NCBI RefSeq assembly: GCF_023229105.1
Contig: NZ_JALNZY010000001.1
Location: 1,938 to 65,937 of the forward strand
DNA: 64,000 nucleotides
Source: Sulfurimonas sp.
GTDB lineage: Bacteria > Campylobacterota > Campylobacteria > Campylobacterales > Sulfurimonadaceae
Direction of reading: 5' to 3'
In this document: one piece after another, positions 47,105 through 55,614 of the stretch
Numbering within the stretch: position 1 is the first letter of the stretch
Layout: each line of letters starts with the position of its first letter
Program-made: the position numbers and the translations under genes
Notes under the pieces: model-generated
What the model was told of the DNA's origin: nothing
Seen by the model: the letters and a program-made list of their open reading frames with translations, nothing else
The model's database searches: none

Positions 47105-48036
47105 TATCTGCTTATGATTTTGCAAAAGCTTTTATAGCGTTGGCTATATTTTTCACAGGCGCTTTTGCAGAAGATGGGTTTATGCAGGTACTCACTCCAA
47201 AACAGAACCATCTTCAAACTGAGTTGACGCTAAATGTTGTTTTAGAGATAGACAAAAAAAGAGTAGATATCATTAAAATAATGACTCCCTTAGAGGAGAT
47301 AGAGATAGATATGAAAAGCCAAAAAAATACAGAGTGCAAAAACATTCAGCTGAGACTCGGTGAAAACAGAGTTGATATTAGAGCCTATAAAGAGAATGTT
47401 TTAGTAGCTCAAGAGAATAGAGATGTTTATGTCTCATCAGAGCTTTATCATCAGTTTAGGTATCCGCCACAAGAGTATAGCCATACTTATTTTCACAATA
47501 AAGATAATGAGAAACTTTGTGCAAAATGTCACGACATGAGTGTGAATGAAGTAAGTGGTGTGGCATTTGAGGATATTACAAAATCAAACTGTTATGGATG
47601 TCACAAGAGTATAAACAAAGAGAAGTATGCTCATGCCCCTTCGGCAAACTGGCTATGTACTAGCTGTCATATACAGAGCAAAAAAGGTGTCTCCAAATAT
47701 CTCACAAAAGAGCCTATTAATGCTTCATGTTTTGAGTGTCACGAGGAGAACAAAGAGTTATGGGGTAATGCAAAATATCGCCATGAACCATTGGATTCAG
47801 GACACTGCGAGAAGTGTCATAATCCTCACTCCGGTCCCTACATCATGTTTATACGCAAAGATGTAAACCTGATATGTCTGGGATGCCATAAAGATAAGCA
47901 TATAAAAGCGCAGCAGAGCAAAAATTCTGCATGTAGTGGTACTAGCGAGGGGGGCTTATGTATAGAGTGCCATACGCCGCATGCGTCAAATCAGCCGTTT
48001 TTTCTAAAAAAGAGATTTGAGAGAGTTGTAAAATGA
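47101..48036 (+). CDS. heptaheme cytochrome c with N-terminal beta-sandwich-like domain
   Basis: GTG start, signal peptide, 7 CXXCH; paralog of 28289 and 48033. Confidence 0.88.
   Translation: MISAYDFAKAFIALAIFFTGAFAEDGFMQVLTPKQNHLQTELTLNVVLEIDKKRVDIIKIMTPLEEIEIDMKSQKNTECKNIQLRLGENRVDIRAYKENVLVAQENRDVYVSSELYHQFRYPPQEYSHTYFHNKDNEKLCAKCHDMSVNEVSGVAFEDITKSNCYGCHKSINKEKYAHAPSANWLCTSCHIQSKKGVSKYLTKEPINASCFECHEENKELWGNAKYRHEPLDSGHCEKCHNPHSGPYIMFIRKDVNLICLGCHKDKHIKAQQSKNSACSGTSEGGLCIECHTPHASNQPFFLKKRFERVVK
47530..47625 (+). repeat. 96-bp direct repeat, copy 1
   Basis: 94/96 identical to 48465-48560. Confidence 0.9.
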
Positions 48037-49043
48037 GAAGGTATATCTGCATAAAATATATACTCTCTTTACTGTTCTGCTCTTTCTTGCTTTTTGCGCA
48101 GGATGAAACAGGATTCAGATTGCTTAATCCGCAAATCTCTAGTATAAATGAAGAGAGGATTGCTTCATTTGTGATTGAGGCTGATAGCCAAAAAATAGAT
48201 TTTATTTCAATAACGACAGATGCAAACAAGACGTTTAGCATTGAGGTTAATGAGGAGCGCTCACACTACTGTAAAAGTATAAATCTTCATATTGGGCTAA
48301 ACAGTATAAAAGTGGCAGGCTACAAAAATGCTTTAGTTATAAAAGAGCAGAGCAGAGAGCTCTTTTTTGTATCAAAAGTTGACAAAGATTTTAGATACCC
48401 GCCAGAGGGGTATAGCAAAAAACATTTTCATAACCAAGAGAATGAGAAGCTATGTATAAAATGCCACGACATGAGTGTGAATGAAGTAAGTGGCGTGGCA
48501 TTTGAAGATATTACAAAATCAAACTGTTATGGATGTCACAAGAGTATAAACAAAGAGAAGCACTCACATGCACCATCGGTAAATTGGCTCTGCACATCTT
48601 GTCATAACGGTGAGGTAGGAGTGTTTAATAAGGCAGATAAAGATAGGACAAAATATAGTGTTCCAGATCCGATAGAGGGAGTTTGCTTCTCCTGCCATAA
48701 AAAATATAAAGAGGAGTGGAGCAAAAAAAGGTTCCATCATGAGCCTGCGGAGTCCGGACGCTGCAATAGGTGTCATAATGCACACTCATCGCTTAGCGAG
48801 TTTTACCTAAAAAAGCCTTCTTGGGAGCTCTGTACAGATTGTCATAAAGATAAAATTGAGGGGATGCATATTGTTAAAACATTTGGGAGAAAAGCGCATC
48901 CGACCCATAATGTAAAAGATCCCTCCAGAGAAGGCAAGGATTTAAGCTGTACAAGTTGTCATAACCCGCATGCCTCAAACGCGCCATCTCTTCTACAGAG
49001 TGAAACCAGCATGGGGCTCTGCTCCCGTTGCCATAAAAAATAA
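48033..49043 (+). CDS. octaheme cytochrome c with N-terminal beta-sandwich-like domain
   Basis: Signal peptide, 8 CXXCH; same layout as 28289-29314 (HAP..NWLC, GHP/AHPT...DP.R.G..L.C). Confidence 0.9.
   Translation: MRRYICIKYILSLLFCSFLLFAQDETGFRLLNPQISSINEERIASFVIEADSQKIDFISITTDANKTFSIEVNEERSHYCKSINLHIGLNSIKVAGYKNALVIKEQSRELFFVSKVDKDFRYPPEGYSKKHFHNQENEKLCIKCHDMSVNEVSGVAFEDITKSNCYGCHKSINKEKHSHAPSVNWLCTSCHNGEVGVFNKADKDRTKYSVPDPIEGVCFSCHKKYKEEWSKKRFHHEPAESGRCNRCHNAHSSLSEFYLKKPSWELCTDCHKDKIEGMHIVKTFGRKAHPTHNVKDPSREGKDLSCTSCHNPHASNAPSLLQSETSMGLCSRCHKK
48465..48560 (+). repeat. 96-bp direct repeat, copy 2
   Basis: 94/96 identical to 47530-47625; both differences are synonymous. Confidence 0.9.
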
Positions 49044-49130
49044 AAAGTGTTGTCATTTGTTGAACTTTTTAAAGTGCTATAGTGCTGTTTTTAGATATAA
49101 TCGCGCAATTTTATACTAAGAGATACACTT

Positions 49131-51680
49131 ATGGATATTAGAGAAGAATTTTTAAGATTTTTTGAATCAAAAAATCATGACAGAGTGGCTAGCTCGCCTC
49201 TTGTTCCCGATGATGCGACGCTACTTTTTAACAATGCGGGGATGGTTCCTTTTAAGTCCATCTTTACAGGCGAAGTTCCTGCTCCTCACAATCCTAGAGC
49301 AGTCTCATGCCAAACATGTATTCGTGCCGGCGGAAAACACAATGACTTGGAAAATGTAGGTTATACGGCAAGACATCACACTTTTTTCGAGATGCTAGGT
49401 AACTTTAGTTTTGGGAATTATTTCAAAGAAGAAGCAATTGAGTATGCCTGGGAGTTTATAACAAAGGTTCTTAAGCTTCCAAAAGAGAAACTCTGGGTTA
49501 CAGTGCATGAGAGCGATGATGAAGCGGAGAAGCTTTGGCAAAAGCATGTAGCGCATGAGAGAATTATGCGTCTTGGCGATAAAGATAACTTTTGGCAGAT
49601 GGGTGACACGGGACCATGTGGACCATGTAGTGAAATTTTTTACGATCAAGGCGAGGAGAATTTCAATGGTCCTGAGGATTGTATGGGAGGCGAGGGCGAT
49701 AGATTTTTAGAGATTTGGAATCTTGTCTTTATGCAGTATGAGAGAAGCAGTGATGGCACCCTAACTCCTCTTCCAAAACCTTCTATTGATACAGGAATGG
49801 GGTTTGAGCGTGTTGTGGCAATTAGCGAGGGCGTTACAAGTAACTACTCCTCCTCACTTTTTATGCCTATAATCAAAAAGATTGAAGTGCTTATAAAAAA
49901 AGAGTATATTTATGCCGATGGCGCATCTTACCGCGTTATAGCAGATCACGTAAGAACTGCTCTTTTTCTTCTCTCTCAGGGTGTAAATTTCTCCAACGAG
50001 GGTAGAGGATACGTACTTAGAAGAATTCTCCGACGCGGGGTAAGACATGGTTATCTGCTTGGGTTTAGTGAGCCTTTTATGTATAAACTTGTAGATACTG
50101 TTGTCGCAATCATGGGCAAAGAGTATGATTATCTAGCTCAAAAAGCAGAAGTTGTAAAAGAGCAGATTGAGCTTGAAGAAGCAAGATTTTTCAAAACTAT
50201 TGCATCTGGAATTGAGCTTTTTAATGAAGAGCTTAAGGAGACAAAAGAGGTATTTAGCGGGGAGGTTGCATTTAAACTCTACGATACTTTTGGCTTCCCT
50301 CTTGATTTGACCGAAGATATGTTAAGAGAGAAAAATCTCAAACTTGATGCAGTTACGTTTGAAACACTGATGAGTCAGCAGCGTACACGTGCAAAAGCTG
50401 CTTGGAAGGGTAGCGGAGATGAAGCTGTTCATGGCGATTTTAAAGAGCTTTTAGAAAAATTCGGTGAAAATAGCTTTGTTGGGTACGAAAGTACAAAGCA
50501 CAAAAGTAGAGTTTTGGCACTCTTGGATAAGCAGTATCGTCATGCCGATATGCTCCCCTCAGGCGCAAAAGGTTGGGTGCTTTTAGAGGCAACTCCTTTT
50601 TATGCAGAATCAGGCGGACAGTGTGGAGATATAGGCACACTTACAGGCTTGGCAAAGGTAGAAGATACTAAGAAATTTTTCGGTTTAAACCTCTCTGAGA
50701 TAACGGTTGAAAAAGAGTTAAAAGTATCAGATGAAGTTGAAGCTGTTGTGGATATTTCAAGAAACGAGATAACTAAGCATCACTCTGCAACTCACTTGCT
50801 CCATGCAGTGCTTTTTGATGTGCTAGGAGAGCATATCTCTCAAGCAGGTTCGCTTGTTGAAGCAGATAGACTTCGCTTTGACTTCTCTCATCCAAAAGCT
50901 ATCTCGCAGGAAGAACTTCTTGAGATAGAAAACAGAGTAAATGAGCAGATTATGCGCGGTCTTGGTGGTAAAACTGAGGTCATGAGTATTGAGGACGCTA
51001 AAAAATCAGGTGCAAAAGCACAGTTTGGCGAGAAATACGGACAAGAGGTAAGAGTCGTTAGCTTCGGTGATGCAAGTATTGAGTTTTGTGGCGGAGTGCA
51101 TGTGGATAACACTGCATCAATCGGCTCATTTATTATCACAAAAGAGAGCGGCGTAAGTGCAGGTGTACGCAGAATTGAGGCAGTTTGCGGATATGCGGCG
51201 TATGAGCACTTCTGTGAGAATAGAGCACTGATTAAAGAGATTCAAGCAGAGGTTAAAAACCTAGATGCTATGGCAGGAATCTCAAGACTAAAATCAACTA
51301 TCTCTGAGTTAAAAGTAGAGCTTCTTGAGGCGCAAAACAGCATACACGTAGAGATAAAAGCGGATAATATTAACGGCGTTGCAGTTGTGGTTGATGAGCT
51401 GACAAGCGGCGATATAAAAGAGAAAATTGACGAACTTAAAAACCAAAACGAAAAATTATGCGCAATGCTCTTTCAAGTTAAAGGCGATAAAGTTTTGATA
51501 GCTGCAGGTGTTAAAGGTGCTGATGCAAAAGCAGGAGAGTGGATTAAAAACATTGCTCCGATTTTAGGCGGAGGTGGAGGCGGCAGAGCTGATTTTGCGC
51601 AAGCCGGTGGAAAAGATATCTCTAAGATTGCCGAAGCTAAAGTAAAAGCAAAAGCTTACATAAGTGAGGTTTTGGGGTAG
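49131..51680 (+). CDS. alaS: alanine--tRNA ligase
   Basis: [52 protein letters not shown]. Confidence 0.99.
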   Translation: MDIREEFLRFFESKNHDRVASSPLVPDDATLLFNNAGMVPFKSIFTGEVPAPHNPRAVSCQTCIRAGGKHNDLENVGYTARHHTFFEMLGNFSFGNYFKEEAIEYAWEFITKVLKLPKEKLWVTVHESDDEAEKLWQKHVAHERIMRLGDKDNFWQMGDTGPCGPCSEIFYDQGEENFNGPEDCMGGEGDRFLEIWNLVFMQYERSSDGTLTPLPKPSIDTGMGFERVVAISEGVTSNYSSSLFMPIIKKIEVLIKKEYIYADGASYRVIADHVRTALFLLSQGVNFSNEGRGYVLRRILRRGVRHGYLLGFSEPFMYKLVDTVVAIMGKEYDYLAQKAEVVKEQIELEEARFFKTIASGIELFNEELKETKEVFSGEVAFKLYDTFGFPLDLTEDMLREKNLKLDAVTFETLMSQQRTRAKAAWKGSGDEAVHGDFKELLEKFGENSFVGYESTKHKSRVLALLDKQYRHADMLPSGAKGWVLLEATPFYAESGGQCGDIGTLTGLAKVEDTKKFFGLNLSEITVEKELKVSDEVEAVVDISRNEITKHHSATHLLHAVLFDVLGEHISQAGSLVEADRLRFDFSHPKAISQEELLEIENRVNEQIMRGLGGKTEVMSIEDAKKSGAKAQFGEKYGQEVRVVSFGDASIEFCGGVHVDNTASIGSFIITKESGVSAGVRRIEAVCGYAAYEHFCENRALIKEIQAEVKNLDAMAGISRLKSTISELKVELLEAQNSIHVEIKADNINGVAVVVDELTSGDIKEKIDELKNQNEKLCAMLFQVKGDKVLIAAGVKGADAKAGEWIKNIAPILGGGGGGRADFAQAGGKDISKIAEAKVKAKAYISEVLG

Positions 51681-52162
51681 TGCAAGATATATTTTTAGAG
51701 CATAAAACAGTCATAGTTTTTTTACATGTGATTAGTGCAGTTGTTTGGGTAGGTGGCATGATAGCTATGCGTTACGCTGCTCACTACTCTTTTTTAGAAA
51801 TTGAGTCTCCGCAAAAGAGACTTGAGCGCATCTCTCATGCCCTAAAGAGACTTTTTTATATAGTGCTTCCGTTTGTCGTTACTCTTATAATAACTGCAAT
51901 TTTTATGATAAAAGGTTATGGACTGAGCCAGAGCGATTTTTCCGCGTTTTCTCATATAAAAGAGGGCATTTGGAGCATCATGTTTATTAATTTAATCGTC
52001 ATGATTTTAAGAAGAAGCAGAGGCGAGAGAATGTTAAATGAGGGCAATATGCTTGGAGCTAAAACTCAAATAGAGCTTATTGGAAAATTTATGGTTCCTC
52101 TAAATATCACTCTTGGTATTATCGCTATATTTTTAGGGACATACCTCTCAAGCACTCTGTGA
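51680..52162 (+). CDS. hypothetical membrane protein (4 TM helices, CopD/DUF-like)
   Basis: FLHVISAVVWVGGM motif; hydrophobic. Confidence 0.6.
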   Translation: MQDIFLEHKTVIVFLHVISAVVWVGGMIAMRYAAHYSFLEIESPQKRLERISHALKRLFYIVLPFVVTLIITAIFMIKGYGLSQSDFSAFSHIKEGIWSIMFINLIVMILRRSRGERMLNEGNMLGAKTQIELIGKFMVPLNITLGIIAIFLGTYLSSTL

Positions 52163-52728
52163 TGATAAGACTTGCATCTTCTTCGCAAACCCGTGCAAAA
52201 CTTCTCAGAGATTCGGGTATCGGGTTTATTCAAGAGAGTGTAGATTTTGATGAAGATAGCATAATCGCCTCATCTGCTAAAAATTTTGTATATCAGGCAA
52301 CAATAGGAAAATTTGAAGCAAATCTAAGAGCTTTTGGATATAAGGATTACCCGCTTTTAGTTGCTGACACAGTAGTTGCCTCAAGTGGGCAGATTCTTAG
52401 AAAAGCAAGATGCGCTGATGAAGCGCGAAATATTTTGTTTACTCAAAGCGGGAGTGAGACAAGTATAATTACCTGCATGGTATACCAATCTTGTGAAATG
52501 AAGATTATAGATATCTCTGAGACCAAGTATCTCTTTAATGATTTTGACTTTGATGAAGTAGAGAGATATTTAAAGAGCGGGGAGTGGCGAGGTAAAGCAG
52601 GAGCTTGTATGGTTGAAGGGTTTTGCAAACAGTATATTAGAGAAGTAAAAGGGTATGAAAGTACCGCTATGGGATTAAATACCGATTTATTGTCAATTTT
52701 TCTATTGGATAAAGAAAAATATTGTTAA
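52159..52728 (+). CDS. maf: Maf family nucleoside triphosphate pyrophosphatase
   Basis: IRLASSSQTR..LL, LVADTVV, EWRGKAGA, GL. Confidence 0.92.
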   Translation: MMIRLASSSQTRAKLLRDSGIGFIQESVDFDEDSIIASSAKNFVYQATIGKFEANLRAFGYKDYPLLVADTVVASSGQILRKARCADEARNILFTQSGSETSIITCMVYQSCEMKIIDISETKYLFNDFDFDEVERYLKSGEWRGKAGACMVEGFCKQYIREVKGYESTAMGLNTDLLSIFLLDKEKYC

Positions 52729-53834
52729 AATATATCAAAAAAGGATTTCTCATTTTAAAATCTAGCAGATTCTCTCTAATTGGAGTTATTGTTATAGTAA
52801 CACTGCTCTTAGGCGGTTGGCTCTATGTTGATTTTGTTGAGGATTCCAAGCGTGTGCTGGAGATTTCAAATAACGGCTTTGATTTTTTTATATATAAGTG
52901 GCTTACCATTACGCTAATTACTATTATGATTATTGCCGTGATAGTAGGTAATTATATTCATGAAAAAAATGACAAGCAAAGAATGTACTATAAAAATATT
53001 ATAGATTCTTCATCAAATATTGTAGTGGTGGTAGATAAGAACAGTATTATTGAGGTAAACAAGACTTTTTTCAAATATTTTAACAAATACAGCACCCTCG
53101 AAGAGTTTAAAAAAGAGCATAAATCAATATCTGGTTTTTTTGTAGAAAAAGATGGATATGTCCATAAAAATATGGGTGGAGTAAACTGGATTGAGTATGT
53201 GATGCAAAATCCTAAAGACAATCAAATAAAGATTCTCATCGGCTCAAATCTCTACTACTTTACGGTCGGAATCTCTCTTATTTCTCCAAAAGATGGTCAT
53301 TACAGTGCAATTTTTTCAGATATAACCAAAGAGAAGCTCTACCAAAAAGAGCTAGAACATACAAATATAACAGACCCTCTTACAAAGATAAGAAACAGAT
53401 ATTACTACAATCAGCAGATAAAGCAAGGTAGTTCAAACGCAAACCACTATTTTTATCCACTTTCGCTTATTGTTTTTGATATAGATTATTTTAAAAAAAT
53501 AAACGACAGTTATGGTCATGATATTGGAGATGATGTGCTTGTTGAATATACAAAACTGATATCTTCACATCTAAGAGACGGTGATATTTTTTGCAGAATT
53601 GGAGGAGAGGAGTTTACTCTTATACTTCCATATACAGATAGAGCAAGTGCGTACAAAGTAGCCGAAAAATTAAGAGTAGCAGTAAAAGAGCATAAAAAAA
53701 TAGTTCCAATCACTATGAGTTTTGGAGTTGTGGAGTATGCTAAAGGGGAAGACTTAGAGTTTCTTTTTAAAAGAGCAGATGAGGCTCTTTATGATGCTAA
53801 AGAGGGTGGCAGAGACAAGGTTATGGTTAGATAA
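52722..53834 (+). CDS. membrane-associated diguanylate cyclase (2 TM, PAS-like, GGDEF)
   Basis: TTG start; TDPLTKIRNR, DIDYFKKIND.YGH, RDGD I-site, GGEEF. Confidence 0.9.
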   Translation: MLKYIKKGFLILKSSRFSLIGVIVIVTLLLGGWLYVDFVEDSKRVLEISNNGFDFFIYKWLTITLITIMIIAVIVGNYIHEKNDKQRMYYKNIIDSSSNIVVVVDKNSIIEVNKTFFKYFNKYSTLEEFKKEHKSISGFFVEKDGYVHKNMGGVNWIEYVMQNPKDNQIKILIGSNLYYFTVGISLISPKDGHYSAIFSDITKEKLYQKELEHTNITDPLTKIRNRYYYNQQIKQGSSNANHYFYPLSLIVFDIDYFKKINDSYGHDIGDDVLVEYTKLISSHLRDGDIFCRIGGEEFTLILPYTDRASAYKVAEKLRVAVKEHKKIVPITMSFGVVEYAKGEDLEFLFKRADEALYDAKEGGRDKVMVR

Positions 53835-54928
53835 TGTACTATGAAAGCGAACTAAAAGCGCTTAAAAAATCTAAAAGATACAGGCAAAGAGAGCTTTATG
53901 ACGACGCTTTTTTAGATTTTGCTTCAAACGATTATCTTGGACTTGCACATAAAAAAGAGCTACATACTCTCACATGTCAAACTCTCTTAGAGATGCCGCT
54001 TCATAGTTCAAAAGCTTCACTTTTAGTAAATGGCTATCATCAAATTCATAAAAATTTTGAGACGGCTTTATGTGAAGCAAACGGCTTTGAAGATGGAGTG
54101 ATTTTAGGAAGCGGCTTTAATGCAAATATAGCGCTTATTGAAGCTCTTGTTAGACGTGGGGATACCCTTTTTATGGATGAGAAGTATCATGCCTCGGGAG
54201 TTCTTGCATCAAATATAAAGAGTGTAAATGTAAAATTTTTCTCTCATAACAATATGCAGGAGCTAGAAGAGCTTCTAAAATCATCCGAGGCTAAAAGAAA
54301 GATAGTCGCAGTTGAGGGCATCTACTCAATGGACGGCGATTTAGTAGAAAGCGCGGTTTTTGAAATTTGTGATAGATATGATGCTCTCTTGATAGTGGAT
54401 GAGGCGCATAGCAGCGGAGTAATCGGGGAAAATCTCATGGGAGTTTTTGACTACTATAAGATTGCCATCAAGCCAAACTACATAAAAATGGGAACGCTTG
54501 GAAAGGCTTATGGGAGTTTCGGTGCTTTCATTCTTGCCTCCTCACATATCGTCGAGTATCTTATCAACCGTGCAAAACCAATTATCTACGCTACTTCTCT
54601 TTCACTATATGATACACTTTTGGCGCATAATGCACTTAGATATATTTTGCAAAATAGAGAGTATTTAAAAAGTGAGATACAAAAACGCCAAAAGATTGTT
54701 TATGAAGAGTTGGGAGTTAAGGTAAAGGGTCTTATCGTTCCCATTACTATCAATGACAACAAAAAAGTTATAGAGATTCGTGAGGCACTTAAAAAATTAG
54801 GTTTTGAAGTTGGTGCAATAAGGCAGCCGACTGTTGAGAGAGCTATTATACGTCTTATAGCAAGAGTGGGCGAGAGTTGCGATATGTTAAGAGAGTTGTG
54901 CATAAGTTTGGCTAAAATAAAACAATGA
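53834..54928 (+). CDS. bioF: 8-amino-7-oxononanoate synthase
   Basis: DFASNDYLGL, SGFNAN, VEGIYSMDGD, DEAHS, GTLGKAYG. Confidence 0.9.
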   Translation: MYYESELKALKKSKRYRQRELYDDAFLDFASNDYLGLAHKKELHTLTCQTLLEMPLHSSKASLLVNGYHQIHKNFETALCEANGFEDGVILGSGFNANIALIEALVRRGDTLFMDEKYHASGVLASNIKSVNVKFFSHNNMQELEELLKSSEAKRKIVAVEGIYSMDGDLVESAVFEICDRYDALLIVDEAHSSGVIGENLMGVFDYYKIAIKPNYIKMGTLGKAYGSFGAFILASSHIVEYLINRAKPIIYATSLSLYDTLLAHNALRYILQNREYLKSEIQKRQKIVYEELGVKVKGLIVPITINDNKKVIEIREALKKLGFEVGAIRQPTVERAIIRLIARVGESCDMLRELCISLAKIKQ

Positions 54929-55614
54929 ATGTAACAAAACTGCGAATAACAATAGAGAAAAAAAATCTAGTTGACATTGCTTTTAACATCTCCTCCTCCC
55001 TCGCACTTGTCGGACAGAGCGGAAGCGGAAAGAGTTTGACAATAAAGGCTTTGCTTAACATGCTGCCAAAGAGTATGGAGTTGGAGATAGAGCACGAGGG
55101 CAATTTTGAGCTTATAGCCGGAAAGACTTTGGCTTTTGTGCCTCAAAATCCCTTTACGGCACTCTCTCCTCTAACAAAGATTAAAAAACAGTTTTTCATA
55201 CCTGAGCAAAAAGTGCAAACGCTTTTTGCTCAAGTCGGACTTGATGCAGATCTTTTAGAGAGATTCCCACCTGAGCTATCGGGCGGGCAGCTTCAAAGAG
55301 TGGTGATTGCTATGGCGCTAAGTAATGAGCCTGAACTTATTTTGCTTGATGAGCCTACAACCGCACTTGATCCAAAGAGTAGAGTTGTTATTTTAGATCT
55401 ACTAAAAACTCTCCAAGCTGAGTTTGGTTTTAAAATACTTTTTGTAACACATGACATGAATTCTGCTAAAATTTTATGTGAAGATATCTGCGTTATAAAA
55501 AATGGAAAAGTTGTAGAGAGTGGAAGAATGGAAAATGTTTTGCAAAATCCACTGGATGCGTACACAAAAGTTTTAATTGATGCAAGTTTTGCAAATAGGA
55601 GTTTTAGAACATGA
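54925..55614 (+). CDS. ABC transporter ATP-binding protein (peptide/nickel type)
   Basis: GQSGSGKS, FPPELSGGQLQR, LDEPTTALD, VTHD. Confidence 0.92.
   Translation: MNVTKLRITIEKKNLVDIAFNISSSLALVGQSGSGKSLTIKALLNMLPKSMELEIEHEGNFELIAGKTLAFVPQNPFTALSPLTKIKKQFFIPEQKVQTLFAQVGLDADLLERFPPELSGGQLQRVVIAMALSNEPELILLDEPTTALDPKSRVVILDLLKTLQAEFGFKILFVTHDMNSAKILCEDICVIKNGKVVESGRMENVLQNPLDAYTKVLIDASFANRSFRT

Larger units (their letters stand above)
26724..49043. other. multiheme cytochrome / porin / nanowire-like extracellular electron transfer gene cluster
   Basis: 11 c-type cytochrome genes with 72 heme motifs by manual count, plus a beta-barrel, two NHL propellers, a PPIase, CcsBA and a NapC/NirT protein, all between aldehyde dehydrogenase and alaS. 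Confidence 0.85.

Noticed and set aside
27103-49043. Recurring TGT/TGC-N6-TGTCAT DNA words as a CRISPR or tandem repeat array
   Set aside because: They are codons for CXXCH within ORFs, with irregular spacing and no unique spacers.
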